The notes below the pieces were generated by a model. It ran no database searches, was not told where the DNA came from, and was given only the letters and a program-made list of their open reading frames with translations. Positions 53,930-64,000 of a stretch of 64,000 nucleotides of DNA are shown one piece after another (position 1 is the first letter of the stretch; every line of letters starts with the position of its first letter). The translations under genes and the position numbers were made by a program. Origin of the DNA: Eledone cirrhosa (Eukaryota); assembly GCA_964016885.1 (NCBI GenBank), contig OZ024749.1, positions 33,294,001 to 33,358,000 of the forward strand, read 5' to 3'.

Positions 53930-53984
53930 TTGTGTGTTATTTATATAGAAACATATTGTATATGATTTCATATACACCTCAATA

Positions 53985-54203
53985 ATGATTTCTAATGCGG
54001 CACAAGGTCAGCAATTTTTGGATAGGATGAGGGAAAATTGATTATATCGACTCCAGTACATTACTGGTATATCATTTTATCGATCCCGAATGATGAAAGG
54101 CAAAATTGACTTCTGCGGTATTTGAACTCAGAATATAAAAGGCCGTAACTAGGAGCCGAAAAGAATGTTGTCCGGCGCTCTACCAGTTCTGCCAATTCAG
54201 CGC
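53985..54203 (-). mobile_element. Diverged family 1 SINE
   Basis: Head and core recognisable on the minus strand. Confidence 0.7.
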
Positions 54204-54308
54204 CCTTCATACTTAATAAGATACATTCCGTATGTATGATATTTAACATTCTGGCTTCACCAATTCGTGTATCATCTGTTGACACATTTGGGTACTAAAT
54301 CTAGAAGG

Positions 54309-54365
54309 GGACTTCGTACACACACACACATAAAACACAGACGCACGGACATACACTCACACACA

Positions 54366-54449
<84 letters not shown>

Positions 54450-54616
54450 GATACAAACACAGACGCACACACAAACACACACACACATATATATATACAT
54501 ATATACATATGTGTGTGTACAAAACTTGTCTAGGACGGTGAAATGATAGGTGAGGATGTGGGGGCGGTGGGACTCTTCGTACACACACACATACATAAAA
54601 CACAGACACACACTCT

Positions 54617-54656
<40 letters not shown>

Positions 54657-54773
54657 CACACAGATACAAACACAGACGCACACATAAACACACACATATA
54701 TACATATGTGTGTGTACGAAACTTGTCTAGGACGGTGAAATGATAGGTGAGGATGTGGGGGGGCGGTGGGACT
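54309..54773. repeat. Tandem duplication of a ~200-260-bp unit
   Basis: AACTTGTCTAGGACGGTGAAATGATAGGTGAGGATGTGGGGG..CGGTGGGACT occurs twice. Confidence 0.85.
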
Positions 54774-55046
54774 GAGACAAAGAAAAATATATTAAGCTCA
54801 CCAATATCACCACCACCACCACCACCACCATCATCATCATCAACACCACCACCATCACCATCAACATCATCATCATCACCATCGTAGTAAATATGAATAC
54901 GAAAATGTTAACACATACACTCACACATACATATATGTGCACATTCTCTCTCTCTCTGTCACATACACTAAAGCGAGCACTCTCTCTTACACACATATAC
55001 ACATATATACATATATACCTCTCTTTCTTTGTGTCCTACACTAATG

Positions 55047-55120
<74 letters not shown>

Positions 55121-55258
55121 CTCTCTCTCTCTCTCTCACTGTCACATACGCTAATGCGAGCACTCTCTTTCAAACACATATACAAATATATATCTCTCTT
55201 ACTCTGTCCCACACACTAACACGAGCATACGCACACACACACACACACACATAGACAT

Positions 55259-55303
<45 letters not shown>

Positions 55304-55622
55304 TATAGACAGACACACACATATATATATATATATACACACACACATACATATAGACATACACAGACACACATATAGACATACACACACACACATATAT
55401 ACACACACACACATATATACACACACACATATAGACACACACATACATACATATAGACATACACACACACATATAGACATACACACATACATATATACAT
55501 ACACACACATATATATGACACACACATATATACACACACATATACACACACACTCACATCGCCAGTAGTCTTCGCATAAATTCTTGATATCTCGAGACAG
55601 ACATGTCTCCAGTGATATATAT

Positions 55623-55656
<34 letters not shown>

Positions 55657-56362
55657 AGTATATATCTCTCCCATCCTCTCTCTCTCTCTCTACCGCAGTC
55701 TCTCACCCATCTCTCTCTTTCACTCTCTTTCTAGCTCACTTTCTCTATCTCTATATTTCTCTCTCCCTCTCTCACTTACTCTATATTTCTTTCCCCCCCT
55801 CTCCCCCTCATCCTCTCTCTCACACCCTGTCTCTCTCTCTATCTCCCTTTCCCGCTTTTCTCTTATACATATATCCCCAGTCCCACATGATGCTGTATCC
55901 CCCCTCCCCACCTCTGTTTCTGATACATATATCGCTGACGATGTGTATCAGATTTCAACAGCACCACCACCATCAACACCATTACCACCACTACCACCAC
56001 CATTACCACCACCATCACCACCACCACCACCACCACCACCACCACCATCATTACCATGCAGATAAATTGAAGCGCTCAACGACACGTATAAATAGTACAA
56101 GCCAAAGCATTGTAGAATATTAAATATATCAAAGACCAACTGCAATTGAGTTTCACTTAAGTTTATTATTATTTGAGTAACTTATTTATTCAACGGTTAG
56201 TTTAGTAACCGTGTGGTTGTTTAATTGCTAATTGTCAAAGCTTTTTCGTCACACGCTCTGTGGCCTTCTCAATTATTGTCCTTGTTCTTCTGTCTCCCCT
56301 CTTTGTTCTCATCTTCTATTTACTCCATCCTGTCTTATATAAAATGTTTACTTTAGGTTTTG

Positions 56363-56420
56363 TCGTCTGAAGAGCTCAGGCTATCTTAACTGATAGTTCT
56401 CAGTGAAATATGTATAACGG
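56363..56420 (+). ncRNA. Type I hammerhead ribozyme
   Basis: Stem I TCGT/ACGG; CTGAAGA at 56367; stem II GCT/AGT plus GCTATC/GATAGT; GAAA at 56405; stem III ATATGTAT; AUA triplet. Confidence 0.72.
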
Positions 56421-56480
56421 AGTTTTAAATAAACCTGAATCAAGTGAATATGGCCTCCGATCTTTTATTAATATATATAT

Positions 56481-56598
56481 CTGAGTTCAAATCCCGCCGA
56501 GGTTAACTTTGCCTTTCATCCTTACGGGGTCGATAAAATAAAGTACCAGTAATGTACTGGGTAATTGCTGGCCTTGTGCCAAAAAGTAGAAACAATTA
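56481..56598 (+). mobile_element. 5'-truncated family 1 SINE
   Basis: B-box to tail. Confidence 0.85.
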
Positions 56599-56609
56599 AT
56601 ATATATATA

Positions 56610-57614
<1,005 letters not shown>

Positions 57615-57804
57615 ATATAAATTTAGAAGAAACAAGGGACTGTGTGCTTACTTGATAAAGTGTATTTAGAAATAAAAGGAAAGCACAAACAAGGGACAGC
57701 CACCTCTTCAGTTGTCTGCTGGAGGTCAGCGTTGAAATGTCGGTGACCTCCAGTAGACAACTGAAGAAAGGACACTCCCTTGTTATACTTTCCTTTTATT
57801 TCCA

Positions 57805-57859
<55 letters not shown>

Positions 57860-57946
57860 AATCAAATTGGATGCAGTAAAAACCTGTTTAGACCATTACT
57901 CACCAGAGTACTCGATACTTGTAATAGAAGAGTATGGTAATATAAA

Positions 57947-58063
57947 ATATATGAAAGAGTCGGGACCCGCGACGGCTGAACTTTTGGCGTTCAACAGCTA
58001 CTTTCAACCTAGCTGTTGAAAGGACAAGAGCTCAGCCGCCGAGGTCCCGACTCTTTCATATAT
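57947..58063. mobile_element. Diverged family A-like palindrome
   Basis: ATATGAAAGAGTCGGGACC..GACGGCTGA / TCAGCCGCC..GGTCCCGACTCTTTCATAT. Confidence 0.65.
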
Positions 58064-59279
58064 ATATATAAGCCCACTGCCATTGGTTTATAAATTTTCC
58101 ACATATGTTCACCATACGTACATGTTTGTCCTGTGTGAGAGGTGGGGAGTCAAGAAGGAAGCAAGATTGTTAAAAGGATTTGGTTGTTCTGCTGAAGTGG
58201 TTGAGCTGTGACTGTATAAGAGGTTCCCTTCGCTAGTATACTACTAACTCGCTGTAGGGGATTTCATTCTGTATTTTATTTTAGGAGAAATGAAGGGTGT
58301 GAAATTCTATTGAATTACAAAATGTCTGCTTAAACTGTTTGAATAACACAAACGAAGCTTAATTATTAAGGGACGGAAATCGGCTGCTGTTAAAGTGAAT
58401 GTGTATATATATCTGAGTGTGTGAGTGTGTGTGTGTGTGAGTATGTGAGTATGTGTGTAACTGTGTGAGTGTGTGAGTGCGTAAGTGTGTGTATGTATAA
58501 GTGTGTGAGTGTCTGAGTGCGTAAGTGTGTGTGTATGAGTGTGAGTGTGTGGGTGCGTGTGTGTATGTGTGTGCGTGTGTAAGTGTGTGTGAGGGCGTAA
58601 GTGTGTATGAATGTGTATGTGTGAGTGTGCAAGTATGCATGGGGGATGTTATTGTGCGTGTGTATGTAAATGTATGTGTGTGAGTGTATGTGTAAATGTG
58701 TGTGTGTGTATGTGTATGTGTGTATGTATATGTGAGTGTATGCGTAAGTGTATATTGTTTGATGAAGCTTTTGGGTCCGTATGGATGTGTGTATGTGTGA
58801 GTGTGTAAGTATGCTTGGATATGTCATTGTGCATGTGTATGTAAATGTGTGTGTGAGAGTGTATGTGTGCATGTATATGTGAGTGTGTGAGTTTGTGTAT
58901 ATGTGTATGGTGTTTGTGGGAGTTTTTGTGTGCTTATGGATGTGTGTATGTATGAATGTGTATGTATGCATGTATATATCATTGTGCATGTGTGAGTATG
59001 TAAATGCGTGTGTATGTGTGTATATATATATATGTGAGTGTGTGTATAAGTGTGAGGGAGCTTTTGCGTGCGTATGGATGTATGTATGTGTAAGTGTGTC
59101 AGCATGCATGTATATATATCATTGTGCGTGTGTGAGTATGTAAATGTGTGTGTATGTTATGTGTGTACGTATATGTGAGTTTGGGAGTGTGTGTATAAGT
59201 GTGTGGTGTTTGAGGAAACTTTTGTGTGCATATTGATATATGTGTGCGTGTGTAAGCATGCATGTGTGTCATTGTGGTG

Positions 59280-59960
59280 CGTGTATGTGCATGTAAACGC
59301 GTGCGTGTATATGTGTGTGTGTGAGTATATGTATATGTGAGTGCGTGTAGGAGCGTGAGTGTGTGTATGTGCATGTAAACGCGTGCGTGTATGTGTGTGT
59401 GTGTGTGTGAGTATATGTATATGTGAGTGCGTGTAGGAGCGTGAGTGTGTGTATGTGCATGTAAACGCGTGCGTGTAGGAGCGTGAGTGTGTGTATGTGC
59501 ATGTAAACGCGTGTGTGTATATATGTGTGTGTCTGTGTGAGTATATGTATATGTGAGTGCGTGTAGGAGCGTGAGTGTGTGTATGTGCATGTAAACGCGT
59601 GCGTGTATATATATGTGTGTGTGTGTGAGAATATGTATATGTATATGTGAGTGCGTGTAGGAGCGTGAGTGTGTGTATGTGCATGTAAACGCGTGCGTGT
59701 ATATATATGTGTGTGTGTGTGTGAGTATATGTATATGTATATGTGAGTGCGTGTAGGAGCGTGAGTGTGTGTATGTGCATGTAAACGCGTGCGTGTATAT
59801 GTGTGTGTGTGTGTGAGTATATGTATATGTATATGTGAGTGTGTGTAGGAGCGTGAGTGTGTGTATGTGCATGTAAACGCGTGCGTGTATATATGTGTGT
59901 GTGTGTGAGTATATGTATATGTGAGTGCGTGTAGGAGCATGAGTGTGTGTATGCGCATGT
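59280..59960. repeat. ~80-95-bp tandem repeat derived from (GT)n
   Basis: GTGCATGTAAACGCGTGCGTGTA and GTGTAGGAGCGTGAGT anchors recur about 8 times. Confidence 0.9.
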
Positions 59961-60381
59961 GTGTATGCGCATGTGTGTGTATATATATATATGTAAGTGG
60001 GCAATTTTCTTTTACATCTTTAGTGTGTGTGTAACAAGAATCTGGGGCCGCTTATGTTGTTGATAAGTTATACCCTACCAACACATTTGGCAAATTTAAA
60101 ACTGAAAAAAGACAAACAAAACAATATCAAATATAATTAGGAAATGCCTTTAAAAAAATCTAACCGACACATTTAGTTTTTTGTGAACTTTTCAATAAAT
60201 CAATATTCAAGAAAATTGCATCGTCGTCATCGTCATCATCATCATCATCATCACCATCATCATCATTTATTTTGGGGGATCAAAATTTCCGTTGCACTAA
60301 ATATATATATTTACGGGTATAGATGTACGTGTGTTGCATCGCAGCGAATACCTCTGTGTCTACTCTGGGATTTTATATAAC

Positions 60382-60567
60382 TGTTTCTACTTTAGGCACA
60401 AGGCCAGCAAATACCCAGTGCATTACTGGTACTTTATTTTATCGACCCTCGTAATGATGAAAGGCAAAGTCAACCTCGGCGGGATTTGAACTCAGATCGT
60501 AAAGGGACGTAACTATGCTGGAAAGCATGGCGTCCGACCCTCTACCGATACTGCCAATCCACCGCCA
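60382..60567 (-). mobile_element. Full-length family 1 SINE with a 16-bp target site duplication
   Basis: TGGGATTTTATATAAC at 60366-60381 and 60568-60583. Confidence 0.92.
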
Positions 60568-60649
60568 TGGGATTTTATATAACATTACCTATTGAGTACG
60601 CTGAGATGCAACCGGTACTAATAGTGAAACCCATGTTAGTCCCGTCAAC

Positions 60650-60788
<139 letters not shown>

Positions 60789-61039
60789 TATTGACGTATT
60801 GTTTTATTGATATTTTTTATCTGTTTGTCCCGAATCTTCCTCTATCGATTTTAAATCGTATGGTTGATTGTAGACTTGTTCTATATGTGACGGTATTTTA
60901 ACGATAGTTATAGCTCTGATTCATCTGAATTATTGAGCCCTCTGCCGCTCATATCGAATCTCGTTTATCGTGAACTCGTGCGCCGATTTTTCGATACTCG
61001 ACGGCTAATTCTGGACTAAATGAAAATTTTTATCCTTCG

Positions 61040-61119
<80 letters not shown>

Positions 61120-61164
61120 AAATAACAGGAGGCTGGACTTGTGTAAATCCTTGAAAGGTTTATT

Positions 61165-61222
61165 ATACTATGATCATTTCAATGACCGGGTTCCGTATGA
61201 ATCCGGTGATATCATCAGGTAT
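61165..61222 (-). ncRNA. Type I hammerhead ribozyme in a (TA)n-flanked element (approx. 61115-61428)
   Basis: Minus strand: ATAC-CTGATGA-..ACCGG.TTC/GAA.CCGGT..-GAAA-TGATCA-TA-GTAT; palindromic stem III ATGATCAT. Confidence 0.75.
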
Positions 61223-61423
61223 TCGAAATATAATAAATGAATGTATTGGTTTTCTCGTTGCTTTGGTCCTTGCGGCTGGCTCACCGGTCGCAATCTTCAA
61301 TTTGTCAAGCTGTCTAAACGTAATGTTATTACTCTAAGGTAAAACTACCTTATTGAGTGCTTAGCTGCACATTCCGATTGCATTCGTTAGCATGGCCGCA
61401 GCCAGAGCTTCTACTGAACTTCC

Positions 61424-61854
<431 letters not shown>

Positions 61855-61964
61855 GTGTGTGCGTGTGTGTGTGTTTATGTATATATGTATCTATACGTAT
61901 TGCTGGGGCATAGTTAACGACACGCACACACACAAAAAACAAAATTGATTGGCCCTAGTCCTTT

Positions 61965-61982
61965 CTACTGCTACTACTACTG

Positions 61983-62023
<41 letters not shown>

Positions 62024-62128
62024 GTTGCTACTACTGTTGCTACTACTACCGCAACAACAACAACAACAACAACAGCTACTACTACTACTACTACTACTAC
62101 TGTTACTACTATAACAACAACAACAACA

Positions 62129-62170
<42 letters not shown>

Positions 62171-62197
62171 GTTGCTACTACTACTGCAACAACAACA

Positions 62198-62233
<36 letters not shown>

Positions 62234-62235
62234 GT

Positions 62236-62280
<45 letters not shown>

Positions 62281-62281
62281 A

Positions 62282-62328
<47 letters not shown>

Positions 62329-62335
62329 AACAACA
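61965..62335. repeat. (CTA)n/(CAA)n microsatellite
   Basis: Direct reading. Confidence 0.95.
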
Positions 62336-62539
62336 GTTCAGTTCCCCTATGTAACCCCTTAAGTTCGTGACCTTTTTTCCTCCCCCTTTCCCTCCCTTCC
62401 CTACTTAGAGTCGCCAGGGCCATTAAGATATTGCTGAAGTGCTGAAAATCTAGAAGGAACACATACACGTACACACAAATATATATATACATACACATAT
62501 ATATATAAATACACATATATTCATATATACATACATTTA

Positions 62540-62622
62540 CACACATATATACACACACACACACACAATGTAAATACACATATGCACATATATATATATA
62601 TATATACATACATGCATATACG

Positions 62623-62657
<35 letters not shown>

Positions 62658-62813
62658 TATAAATACTTATACACATATACATTCACATACAGCTACATAC
62701 ACACATCTCACACAAACACATACATACATATACACACATATATACACACACACACACACAATGTAAATACACATATGCACATATATATATATATATACAT
62801 ACATGCATATACG

Positions 62814-62846
<33 letters not shown>

Positions 62847-63002
62847 TATAAATACTTATACACATATACATTCACATACAGCTACATACACACACCTCAC
62901 ACAAACACATACATACATATACACACATATATACACACACACACACACAATGTAAATACACATATGCACACATATATATATATATACATACATGCATATA
63001 CG

Positions 63003-63039
<37 letters not shown>

Positions 63040-63193
63040 TATAAATACTTATACACATATACATTCACATACAGCTACATACACACACCTCACACAAACA
63101 CATACATACATATACACACATATATACACACACACACACACAATGTAAATACACATATGCACATATATATATATATACATACATGCATATACG

Positions 63194-63228
<35 letters not shown>

Positions 63229-63384
63229 TATAAATACTTATACACATATACATTCACATACAGCTACATACACACACCTCACACAAACACATACATACAT
63301 ATACACACATATATACACACACACACACACAATGTAAATACACATATGCACACATATATATATATATACATACATGCATATACG

Positions 63385-63421
<37 letters not shown>

Positions 63422-63575
63422 TATAAATACTTATACACATATACATTCACATACAGCTACATACACACACCTCACACAAACACATACATACATATACACA
63501 CATATATACACACACACACACACAATGTAAATACACATATGCACATATATATATATATACATACATGCATATACG

Positions 63576-63610
<35 letters not shown>

Positions 63611-63766
63611 TATAAATACTTATACACATATACATTCACATACAGCTACATACACACACCTCACACAAACACATACATACATATACATACATATATACAC
63701 ACACACACACACAATGTAAATACACATATGCACATATATATATATATATACATACATGCATATACG

Positions 63767-63801
<35 letters not shown>

Positions 63802-63955
63802 TATAAATACTTATACACATATACATTCACATACAGCTACATACACACACCTCACACAAACACATACATACATATACACACATATATACACACACACACA
63901 CACAATGTAAATACACATATGCACATATATATATATATACATACATGCATATACG

Positions 63956-63990
<35 letters not shown>

Positions 63991-64000
63991 TATAAATACT
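62540..64000. repeat. ~191-bp tandem repeat (382-bp dimer period) running off the right edge
   Basis: ATAAATACTTATAC...ACAGCTACATAC...CAATGTAAATAC anchors recur; near-identical ORFs at 382-bp offsets. Confidence 0.93.

Noticed and set aside
61945-62370. Poly-Thr/Tyr/Leu ORFs (also the poly-His ORFs at 51614, 55887 and 60183)
   Set aside because: Trinucleotide microsatellites without splice or coding context

Overview
AT-rich, microsatellite-saturated animal genomic DNA; the SINE content suggests an octopus-like cephalopod (inference). Only one host coding exon is supportable: the first exon of a quaking/held-out-wings (STAR family) gene on the minus strand at 9358-9484. Its intron 1 runs off the left edge, and the remaining ~54 kb is upstream sequence. 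The other repeats are tRNA-derived SINEs, Tc1/mariner and hAT relics, RTE-LINE fragments and several simple-sequence-derived satellites. Almost all ORFs in the supplied track are microsatellite artefacts. The main hidden signal is a high density of type I hammerhead ribozyme (HHR) motifs, folded by eye at about 10 loci with unrelated helix sequences. Most lie in short non-coding elements embedded in (TA)n tracts, which share one layout: an inverted arm or fold-back palindrome, an HHR or its 3' half, and an unpaired tail with an ATTGAGTAC-like motif. One HHR sits in a 310-bp tandem dimer resembling a retrozyme. These look like Penelope-like (PLE) pLTR-derived elements, but no PLE ORF is present in the window to confirm this.
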